64,000 nucleotides of DNA from Candidatus Eiseniibacteriota bacterium (lineage in GTDB: Bacteria; Eisenbacteria; RBG-16-71-46), in NCBI GenBank assembly GCA_044222065.1, contig JBGAOA010000007.1, positions 6,462 to 70,461 of the forward strand, given 5' to 3'. Position numbers and translations under genes: made by a program. This document shows, piece after piece, positions 37,657 through 44,642 of the stretch (within the stretch, counting starts at the first letter, position 1; each line of letters starts with the position of its first letter). The notes under the pieces are model-generated. The model did no database searches, was not told where the DNA came from, and worked only from the letters and a program-made list of their open reading frames with translations.

Positions 37657-39345
37657 ATGAGACTCCGGATCGCACCGTTCAGCCTTGTCCTCGCGCTCAC
37701 GCTCGCGCCCGCCACGGCGCTCGCCGGCATCGAGCAGGCGGGCACGACGGCCGCGAACTTCCTCAGCGTCGGCTCGAGCCCGGCGACGCTCGCGATGGGC
37801 GGCGCGGGACTCGCGCGCACGGGCGAGCTCGGACTCACGACGTGGAACGCGGCGACGCTCGCGTGGATCGGCGAGACCCGCTACACGTTCTCGCACGCGT
37901 CGCTCACCGAGCAGAGTTCGCAGGAGTGGGCGGCTGCGGCCGGCCGCATGGGCCAGGGTCCGTGGCGCTGGGCGATGACCGGCCTCTACCAGGGCGACGG
38001 ATCGTTCGATGGCCGCGACGCGCTCGGCAATCCGACCGGCAGCTTCAACGTTTCGAGCATGGCGATCGGCGGCACGGTCGCGCGCAGCTTCAACGGGCTG
38101 TCGGGCGTCGGCGTCGGCTTCAAGTACGTGAGCGAGAACCTCGGCGGAGTCACGGGCTCGGGGATCGCGATGGACGCGGGCTTCACTTACGCCGCCGGCC
38201 CCGTCAGCCTCGGTGCCGCCGCGCAGAATGCGTTCGGCAACATGTCCTACTCCGGCGCGAAGTACTCGATGCCTTCGAACTACGGCGCGGGCGTCGCGCT
38301 GAACGTCCCGGCGAGCGGCGTCACGCTCGCGCTCGACGCGAACTTCCCGAAGGCCTACTACAACGACGTGCGCTTCGGCGCGGAGTGGCGCTACCGCGAG
38401 GCGATCGCGCTGCGCGGCGGCTACCGCATGGAACTCGGCGCGGGCGACGGCGAGCCGCTCTCGGGCCCGACGTTCGGCCTCGGCGCCGGCGCGAACGGAT
38501 TCTGGTTCGACTACGGCTTCATCGTCGGCGGCGGCGGCGCGAGCGGACAGCACCGCCTCGGCCTGACGTTCCGTCCCGGCGTGCTCAATCCGGGCGCGAC
38601 CTCGGTCGCCGCACCCGGCTCGGGCTACTCGACGGGATCGTCGAAGCCGCGCCTCGCGGACTCCGAGTCGCCGCGCGTCGAGAAGTCGCCGAAGCCTGCG
38701 AAGCCCGCGAAGCCGGCGAAGGTCGTGGCGCCGAAACCCGAGCCCGTCGCGAGCGCCGAGCCCGTGAAGCCGGCGAAGCCCGCGAAGGCCGAGAAGCGCG
38801 CGGTGAGCGTCGGCGACGATTCGCCCGTGCTCACGGACACGCCGCAGGCCGTGAAGATCGAGCCGACGAAGCCGGCCGAGCCGGCGTCCGACACCGAGGC
38901 CGCGGTCGTGTCGTCTCCGAAGACGAAGGCGCCGAAGGCCGAGAAGGTGAAGACGCCGAAGCCCGAGAAGGTGAAGGTCGAGAAGCCGAAGAAGACCAAG
39001 ACCCAGCCCGACGCTCCGCTCGCCCCGCTCACCGTGATCGCGCCCGAAGGCGGCGCGGTCGCGATGGCTGCGCCGAGCGAGCCGGCCGAAGCCGCGGCGC
39101 CGAAGGCGGCCGAGCCGGTGCGCGTCGAGGCTCCGAAGCCCGCGAAGACCGAGGCGCCGGCGCCGGTGGTCGCGAAGCCCGCGTCGCGCCCCGACAAGGT
39201 GAAGGTCGGCGCGGACGAGTCGCTCTCCGACATCGCGAAGCGCTGGGACACGAGCGTCGCCGCGATCATGATGGAGAACAACCTCGTCAGCGACCGCGTG
39301 AAGCCGGGTCAGACGCTCAAGCTGCCGCCGCCTTCGAAGAAGTGA
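37657..39345 (+). CDS. PorV/PorQ-family-like outer-membrane beta-barrel fused to a Lys/Pro/Ala-rich low-complexity linker and a C-terminal LysM domain
   Basis: GAGGAAGGA RBS. Signal peptide MRLRIAPFSLVLALTLAPATALA. N-terminal motif GTTAANFLSVGSSPATLAMGGAGLA resembles the PorV-family signature. A barrel of about 300 aa. PAKPAKPAK/KPEKVK repeats. C-terminal VKVGADESLSDIAKRWDTSVAAIMMENNLVSDRVKPGQTLKLP is a LysM fold. Confidence 0.68.
   Translation: MRLRIAPFSLVLALTLAPATALAGIEQAGTTAANFLSVGSSPATLAMGGAGLARTGELGLTTWNAATLAWIGETRYTFSHASLTEQSSQEWAAAAGRMGQGPWRWAMTGLYQGDGSFDGRDALGNPTGSFNVSSMAIGGTVARSFNGLSGVGVGFKYVSENLGGVTGSGIAMDAGFTYAAGPVSLGAAAQNAFGNMSYSGAKYSMPSNYGAGVALNVPASGVTLALDANFPKAYYNDVRFGAEWRYREAIALRGGYRMELGAGDGEPLSGPTFGLGAGANGFWFDYGFIVGGGGASGQHRLGLTFRPGVLNPGATSVAAPGSGYSTGSSKPRLADSESPRVEKSPKPAKPAKPAKVVAPKPEPVASAEPVKPAKPAKAEKRAVSVGDDSPVLTDTPQAVKIEPTKPAEPASDTEAAVVSSPKTKAPKAEKVKTPKPEKVKVEKPKKTKTQPDAPLAPLTVIAPEGGAVAMAAPSEPAEAAAPKAAEPVRVEAPKPAKTEAPAPVVAKPASRPDKVKVGADESLSDIAKRWDTSVAAIMMENNLVSDRVKPGQTLKLPPPSKK
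38640..39200 (+). repeat. Coding low-complexity K/P/A/E-rich region including tandem PAK tripeptide repeats
   Basis: AAGCCNGCGAAGCCNGCGAAGCCGGCGAAG tandem codon repeats at about 38688-38722, then KPEPV/KAPKAEKVKTPKPEKVK-type repeats. Confidence 0.7.
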
Positions 39346-39405
39346 GCGCGCATCGCGCGCGAACCGCGCCCGGCGAGGGATCGCCGGGCGCGTTCGTTTT
39401 GCGCC

Positions 39406-39750
39406 TCACTCGCGCGCGGGGCCCGGCGAGTACTTGAGGACTTCGACGCGCTCGAGCGTGACGAGCCCGTCGCCGATCATCTCGTCGCACACGGGCAGGA
39501 ACGCGCGGATGCGGTCCTCGCGGTCCACGATCTCGACGACGAGCGGCAGGTCCTCCGAGAGCCTCAGCACCTTCGCGGAGTGGAGCCGGCTCTTCGCGCC
39601 GAATCCAAGCACGCCGCGCGTCACGGTCGCGCCCGCGAGCCCGCGCTCGCGCGCTTCGGCCACGAGCGCTTCGTAGAGCGGCCGGCCGCGCCAGCGGTCG
39701 GCCTCGCCGATGAACACGCGCAGCAGCAGTCCGTGACCTTCGAGCTTCAA
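39406..39750 (-). CDS. DUF190 (PII-like) domain protein, the usual partner of CrcB/fluoride-resistance loci
   Basis: MKLEGHGLLLRVFIGEADRWRGRPLYEALV... matches the DUF190 family pattern. Lies directly downstream of crcB. Confidence 0.72.
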   Translation of the reverse strand: MKLEGHGLLLRVFIGEADRWRGRPLYEALVAEARERGLAGATVTRGVLGFGAKSRLHSAKVLRLSEDLPLVVEIVDREDRIRAFLPVCDEMIGDGLVTLERVEVLKYSPGPARE

Positions 39751-39769
39751 GGGGCACCTCCGGCGCGGC

Positions 39770-40144
39770 TCAGAGTCTCACGGCCGCGGCGTAGCCCGCG
39801 AACGCGGCCAGTACGCCGACCCCGAGCGAGCCGAGCGCATAGCCGGCCGCGGCCGTCCACTGGCCGTCCCTGAGCAGCGCGAGCGCCTCGTACGAGAACG
39901 CCGAGAACGTCGTGAAGCCGCCGAGCACGCCGACGATCGCGAACAGCCGGAACGGGGGAGGGACGAGCGCGCGCTCGAGCGCGAGCGCGCCGAGGAATCC
40001 GATCGCGAGCGAGCCCGCGGCGTTCACGGCGAACGTCCCCCACGGGAACGCCCCGCCCGCGGCGCGCTGCACGAGCCCCGAGAGCCACCAGCGCAACAGG
40101 CTGCCGATCGCGCCACCGCCCGCGACCAGCAGCACGTCCCTCAC
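39770..40144 (-). CDS. crcB: Fluoride ion channel CrcB (Fluc)
   Basis: GTG at 40144 overlaps the E1alpha stop (GTGA). Motifs GGAIGSLLRW, GTFAVNAAGSLAIGF and GGFTTFSAFSYE. 124 aa. Confidence 0.8.
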   Translation of the reverse strand: MRDVLLVAGGGAIGSLLRWWLSGLVQRAAGGAFPWGTFAVNAAGSLAIGFLGALALERALVPPPFRLFAIVGVLGGFTTFSAFSYEALALLRDGQWTAAAGYALGSLGVGVLAAFAGYAAAVRL

Positions 40145-41253
40145 AGCGGGAAGGCCCCGTCGAACTTCGTGCCTTCGCCCATCGCGATCGCGTGTCGCAT
40201 CTGTTCGGCGAGGTGCGGCGGCACTTCGTGGTAGACGTTCGTGAACAGGCTCTCGATCGCGGGCGGCGGCAGCGCTTCGGCCTCCTGGATAGCGCTCGAG
40301 ATCTCGGCGTTCAGCTCTTCGGTCCAGCGCGACTCGTCGTCGGCCGTGAGCCGGCCCTCGCGCGTGAGATAGGCGCGCACGCGATGGAGCGGATCGCGCT
40401 TCTCCCACGTTTCGACGAGCCCCGCGTCGCGGTAGCGCGTCGGGTCGTCACTCGAGGAGTGGCCGCCCATGCGGAACGTCACCGACTCGATGAACGTCGG
40501 CCCGCCGCCCGCGCGCGCCCGCTCGACGGCCTCGCGCATCGCCGCGATCACCGCGAACAGGTCGTTGCCGTCCACGCGCACGCCGGGCATTCCGTACGCG
40601 ACGGCCTTGATCGCGATGCTGCTCGAGCGCGTCTGCTTCGAGAGCGGCACCGAGATCGCCCACTGGTTGTTCTGGCAGAAGAACACGACCGGCGCCTCGT
40701 ACACGGCCGCGAAGTTCAGCGCCGCGTGGAAGTCGCCCGTGGACGTGCCGCCGTCGCCGATGTAGCCGACCATCACCGTCCGCTCCTTGCGGAGCTTCGC
40801 GGCCCACGCCGCGCCGACGGCCTGCGGGAGCTGCGTCGCGATGACGCTCGACCACGCGACCGAGTTCACCTTGCGGTCGCTGAAGTGCATCGGCATCTGA
40901 CGCCCGCCGAGCACGTCGCCGCTGTTGCCGATGAGCTGGCAGACGATTTCCCGGATCGTCGTGCCGCGCCACAGGCACACGCCCGTCTCGCGCAGCGCGT
41001 GAAAAATCCAGTCGCCCGGCTCGAGCGGATAGGCCGATCCCGTCACCGACGCCTCCTGCCCGGTCGCCATGCCGTAGAAGCCGATCCGGCCCTGGCGCTG
41101 GAGAGACAGCATGCGCTGGTCGAGCGTGCGCATCTTCAAGAGGTGGCGGAACAGCCGGCGCTGGTCCTCGGCCGGAACGTCGGGCATCGCCCCGACGACG
41201 TTGCCGTCGGGATCGAGCACCTGCCGCAGCGTTTCGTCCACGAGCGCGTTCAT
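40141..41253 (-). CDS. 2-oxoacid dehydrogenase E1 component alpha subunit (TPP-dependent; BCKDH/PDH type)
   Basis: AAGGAGAC RBS. TPP motif GDGGTSTGDFHAALNFAAV...NNQWAIS. 370 aa. Confidence 0.88.
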   Translation of the reverse strand: MNALVDETLRQVLDPDGNVVGAMPDVPAEDQRRLFRHLLKMRTLDQRMLSLQRQGRIGFYGMATGQEASVTGSAYPLEPGDWIFHALRETGVCLWRGTTIREIVCQLIGNSGDVLGGRQMPMHFSDRKVNSVAWSSVIATQLPQAVGAAWAAKLRKERTVMVGYIGDGGTSTGDFHAALNFAAVYEAPVVFFCQNNQWAISVPLSKQTRSSSIAIKAVAYGMPGVRVDGNDLFAVIAAMREAVERARAGGGPTFIESVTFRMGGHSSSDDPTRYRDAGLVETWEKRDPLHRVRAYLTREGRLTADDESRWTEELNAEISSAIQEAEALPPPAIESLFTNVYHEVPPHLAEQMRHAIAMGEGTKFDGAFPL

Positions 41254-42443
41254 GCGAGGTCTCCTTCCTTGAGCCACGACAGGTCCTGGAGCCGCGCGAC
41301 GAGCGCGTACAGGAACGCGGCGCCGATCGCGCCGTCCACGACGCGGTGGTCGAGCGACAGCGACAGGTTGCCGAGCTCGCGGATCGCGATCTGGTCGTTC
41401 ACGACCGCGGGCCGCTTCTTGACCTCGTGCACGCCGAGGATCGCGACCTGCGGGTGGTGGAGGATCGGCGTCGCGAGCACGCCGCCCTGCGCCCCGGTGC
41501 TCGTCACGGTGAACGTCGCGCCCTGCAGTTCCTCGAGCTTGAGCTTGTGGTCGCGCGCCGCGAGCGCGAGCCGGTCGAGTTCGCGCGCGAGTTCGAACAG
41601 CGGCTTCCGACCGGCGTCGTGGATCACGGGCACCGTGAGGCCGTCGAGCGTGTTCGTCGCGACGCCGAGGTGGAACGCGCTCTTGAGCACGATCTCGTGC
41701 GTGGCGTCGTCGAGACTCGCGTTCAGGTACGGGTGCTGGCGGAGCGGCTCGGCGAGCGCTTTCGCGACGTAGGGGAGGAACGTGAGCTTCGCTCCCGCCG
41801 CTTCGGCGCGCGCCTTGAGGCCCGCGCGGTGCCGCACGACCTCGCTCCAGTCGCACTCGGCGACGAACGTGAACTGCGCCGCGGTCTGGAGCGAGTGCCG
41901 CATGTGCTCGGCGATCTTGCGGCGCAGCCCGCGCAGCGGCACGCGCGTCTCGCCTTCCGCCGCCGCCGCTTGTCCGGCGGGCCGCGCCGAAGAAGCGGCC
42001 GCGCGCTTCACGTCGTCGGCGGTGATCGCGCCGCCCGGGCCCGAGCCGGCGACGCCCACGAGCGCGACGCCGAGCTCCTTCGCGCGCGCGCGCACGGCGG
42101 GCGTCGCCTGCACGCGCGCGCTCGCGGGCGCGGCGGCCGGGGCCGCGGTCACCGTCGTCGCGGCCGCGTGCGAGGCGCCGGCCGGCGCCGCCACGGGCGT
42201 ACCGCCCGCGACCTCGATCGAGACGATCACCTGGCCGACGGGGACGATCTCGCCCGCCTCGGCGCACAGCGCCGCGATCGTGCCGGTGCGCGGCGAGGGG
42301 ATCTCGACCGTGGCCTTGTCGGTCATCACCTCGACGAGAGGCTGATCTTCCTTCACCGCGTCGCCGGCCTTCACGAGCCAGCGCACGATCTCGCCTTCGG
42401 CGACGCCTTCACCGATGTCGGGCAGCTTCACGTCGTAGGTCAT
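41250..42443 (-). CDS. 2-oxoacid dehydrogenase E2 dihydrolipoamide acyltransferase
   Basis: N-terminal lipoyl domain with EVMTDKATVEIPSP (lipoyl-Lys). Ala/Pro linker, an E1/E3-binding segment, and a catalytic domain with DHRVVDGA. Confidence 0.9.
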   Translation of the reverse strand: MTYDVKLPDIGEGVAEGEIVRWLVKAGDAVKEDQPLVEVMTDKATVEIPSPRTGTIAALCAEAGEIVPVGQVIVSIEVAGGTPVAAPAGASHAAATTVTAAPAAAPASARVQATPAVRARAKELGVALVGVAGSGPGGAITADDVKRAAASSARPAGQAAAAEGETRVPLRGLRRKIAEHMRHSLQTAAQFTFVAECDWSEVVRHRAGLKARAEAAGAKLTFLPYVAKALAEPLRQHPYLNASLDDATHEIVLKSAFHLGVATNTLDGLTVPVIHDAGRKPLFELARELDRLALAARDHKLKLEELQGATFTVTSTGAQGGVLATPILHHPQVAILGVHEVKKRPAVVNDQIAIRELGNLSLSLDHRVVDGAIGAAFLYALVARLQDLSWLKEGDLA

Positions 42444-42455
42444 CGCGTCCTCGTT

Positions 42456-42758
42456 CTAGTCCACGAAGTCGAAGCGTCCGACTTCCGATTCGCTCTGCCA
42501 CAGCCGCGCGCCGCGCTCGGACAGCTCGGCGTAGCGCTGCGCGTGGGCGTGCTTGAACTGCTCGTAGGTCGTCTCGCTCGTCCAGCGGTCGGCGATCAGG
42601 TAGCGGCCCGGCACGCGCAGGTCCTTCATGAGCGTCACGCTCACGAACCCGGGCGCCTCGTGGAACAGCTGCACCCACGGGCCGTCGGGCCGGTAGAACG
42701 ACTCGAAGTCTTCGACGCGTTCCGGCTTCGCGCGGTACTCCCACACGATCACGAGCAT
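42456..42758 (-). CDS. Antibiotic-biosynthesis-monooxygenase (ABM/Dabb) domain small protein inserted within the dehydrogenase operon
   Basis: A 100-aa protein, MLVIVWEYRAKPERVEDFESFY..., with an ABM-fold sequence pattern. Confidence 0.58.
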   Translation of the reverse strand: MLVIVWEYRAKPERVEDFESFYRPDGPWVQLFHEAPGFVSVTLMKDLRVPGRYLIADRWTSETTYEQFKHAHAQRYAELSERGARLWQSESEVGRFDFVD

Positions 42759-42764
42759 GGGGCC

Positions 42765-43739
42765 TCAGTACTGGAGCACGTGCTCGATCGCGCGCATCAC
42801 GCGCGGCGCATCGGGCAGGTAGGAGTGTTCGAGCGTGTACGGGAACGGCGTGTCGTATCCGGTCACGCGCAGCACCGGCGCCTGAAGCGAGGTGAGCGCC
42901 TGTTCGGCGACGAGCGCCGCGAGTTCCGCGCCGTAGCCGCACGTGCGCGGCGCCTCGTGCAGGATCACGACGCGGCCGGTCTTGCGCACGCTCGCGAGCA
43001 TCGTCTCGGTGTCGAGCGGCAGCAGCGTGCGCAGGTCCACGACTTCGACCGACGCGCCCGCCGCCGCGGCCTTCTCGGCCGCCTCGACCGCGACCGGCAC
43101 CATCGCGCCGTACGCGAGCACCGTGACCTGCTCGCCGGCGCGCGCGATCCGCGCGCGGCCGAGCGGCACGTGCGTGCGTCCCTCGGGCACGTCCTCCTTC
43201 ACGCTTCGATAGAGGCGCTTCGGCTCGAGGAAGATCGTCGGGTCCTCGCTCGCGAGTGCGGCGAGCAGCAGGCCCTTCGCGTCGGCGGGCGTGGACGGGA
43301 TCACGACCTGCAGTCCGCTCGTGTGGCAGAAGAAGGCCTCGGGGCTCTGCGAGTGGTAGAGCCCGCCGCGGATGCCGCCGCCGTAGGGCGCGCGCACGAC
43401 GACGGGGCAGGCGTACTGGCCGGCGGAGCGCCACCGCATCTTCGCGAGTTCCGAGACGATCTGGTCGAACGCCGGGTAGATGAAATCGACGAACTGGATC
43501 TCGGCGATCGGCTTCATGCCGTTCAGCGCGAGACCGATCGCGGCGCCGACGATTCCGTTCTCGGCGAGCGGCGTATCCGCGACCCGCTCCTCGCCGAACT
43601 CGGCGGCCAGGCCCTCGGTGACGCGGAACACGCCGCCGTTCCGGCCCACGTCCTCGCCGAGCACCATCACGCGCGGGTCCTCGCGGAGCGAGACGCGGAG
43701 CGCGTCGGTGATCGCCTGCACCATCGTCATCTGGGGCAT
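42765..43739 (-). CDS. 2-oxoacid dehydrogenase E1 component beta subunit
   Basis: GGAGAG RBS before the ATG at 43739. MPQMTMVQAITDAL..., a transketolase-like pyrimidine-binding domain and C-terminal domain. 324 aa. Confidence 0.9.
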   Translation of the reverse strand: MPQMTMVQAITDALRVSLREDPRVMVLGEDVGRNGGVFRVTEGLAAEFGEERVADTPLAENGIVGAAIGLALNGMKPIAEIQFVDFIYPAFDQIVSELAKMRWRSAGQYACPVVVRAPYGGGIRGGLYHSQSPEAFFCHTSGLQVVIPSTPADAKGLLLAALASEDPTIFLEPKRLYRSVKEDVPEGRTHVPLGRARIARAGEQVTVLAYGAMVPVAVEAAEKAAAAGASVEVVDLRTLLPLDTETMLASVRKTGRVVILHEAPRTCGYGAELAALVAEQALTSLQAPVLRVTGYDTPFPYTLEHSYLPDAPRVMRAIEHVLQY

Positions 43740-43874
43740 CGGGGGCTCTCCGTGTTGGGAAAGGACGCGGCAGCCTAGCCCAACCCGAGCGCGCTCGGCG
43801 AGCCGATTCGGGGCACGGCGCGCGGGCTCGCGCTGCGCGGCCGTCGCGACGTCGTCGCGCGTGCCCGGTCCACT

Positions 43875-43916
43875 CCTTAGCTTTGACAAACTCGAAATTT
43901 AGTCGTATCTAAATCG
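43875..43916 (+). promoter_or_regulatory. AT-rich palindromic operator-like element (DtxR/MntR-box-like) with an embedded TTGACA, in the divergent region upstream of mntR
   Basis: TTAGcTTTGACAAACTCGAAATTTAG-TCGTAT-CTAAAT contains the inverted repeat ATTTAG/CTAAAT with a 6-nt spacer and repeated TTAG/CTAA half-sites. It is markedly AT-rich in a ~70% GC context. Confidence 0.5.
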
Positions 43917-43952
43917 CGCCGCGCTCGACCGCCACCCCGGAGTTCCAACGCC

Positions 43953-44642
43953 GTGAAGGCTTCCACGCCCCGACTCTCGCGTTCGCGCGAGGACTACTTG
44001 AAGGCCCTGTTCGCGCTCGGCGCGGGCGAGGGTGTCGTCTCGGGCGCCGCCATCGCGCGCCGGCTCGAAGTGTCGGCGCCATCGGTCACGAACATGCTCG
44101 GCCGGCTCGCCGAGGAGCGGCTCGTCGAGTTCCTCGCGCGCGAAGGCGCGCGGCTCACGCCCGCGGGCAGGCGCGCCGCGATCGAAACCGTGCGGCGGCA
44201 CCGCCTGCTCGAGACGTTCCTCGTGCGCGTGCTCGGCATGGACTGGAGCGAGGCGCACGAGGACGCCGAGGTCCTCGAACACCACATCAGCGACCGCGTG
44301 ATCGAGGCGCTCGACCGCCTCATGGGGAGTCCGACCGAGGACCCGCACGGACACCCGATCCCGGACCGACAGGGCCGAATCGCGCGCCGCGCGCTCGTCG
44401 CGCTGTCGGGCCTTCCGGCCGGCACGCGCGCGGTCGTGCGCGAGATCCGCGATCGCGACCACGCGCGCATGGCGCGCTGGAAGCGCGCGGGGCTCGTACC
44501 GGGCGCCGAGGTCGAGGTGCGGGCGGGCGAGCCGGACGACGACCTGCTCGAACTGTCGGTGGACGGCCGCGTGCACACGGCGGCCCGCGCCGGAGTGGAC
44601 GGCGTGTTCGTCGAGCGCCGCGCGGGGCGGAGGACGCGATGA
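43953..44642 (+). CDS. mntR: DtxR/MntR family metal-dependent transcriptional repressor with a C-terminal FeoA/SH3-like domain
   Basis: GTG start. REDYLKALF, a wHTH region and a metal-binding dimerisation region (VEALDRLMGSPTEDPHGHPIP). Confidence 0.85.
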   Translation: MKASTPRLSRSREDYLKALFALGAGEGVVSGAAIARRLEVSAPSVTNMLGRLAEERLVEFLAREGARLTPAGRRAAIETVRRHRLLETFLVRVLGMDWSEAHEDAEVLEHHISDRVIEALDRLMGSPTEDPHGHPIPDRQGRIARRALVALSGLPAGTRAVVREIRDRDHARMARWKRAGLVPGAEVEVRAGEPDDDLLELSVDGRVHTAARAGVDGVFVERRAGRRTR

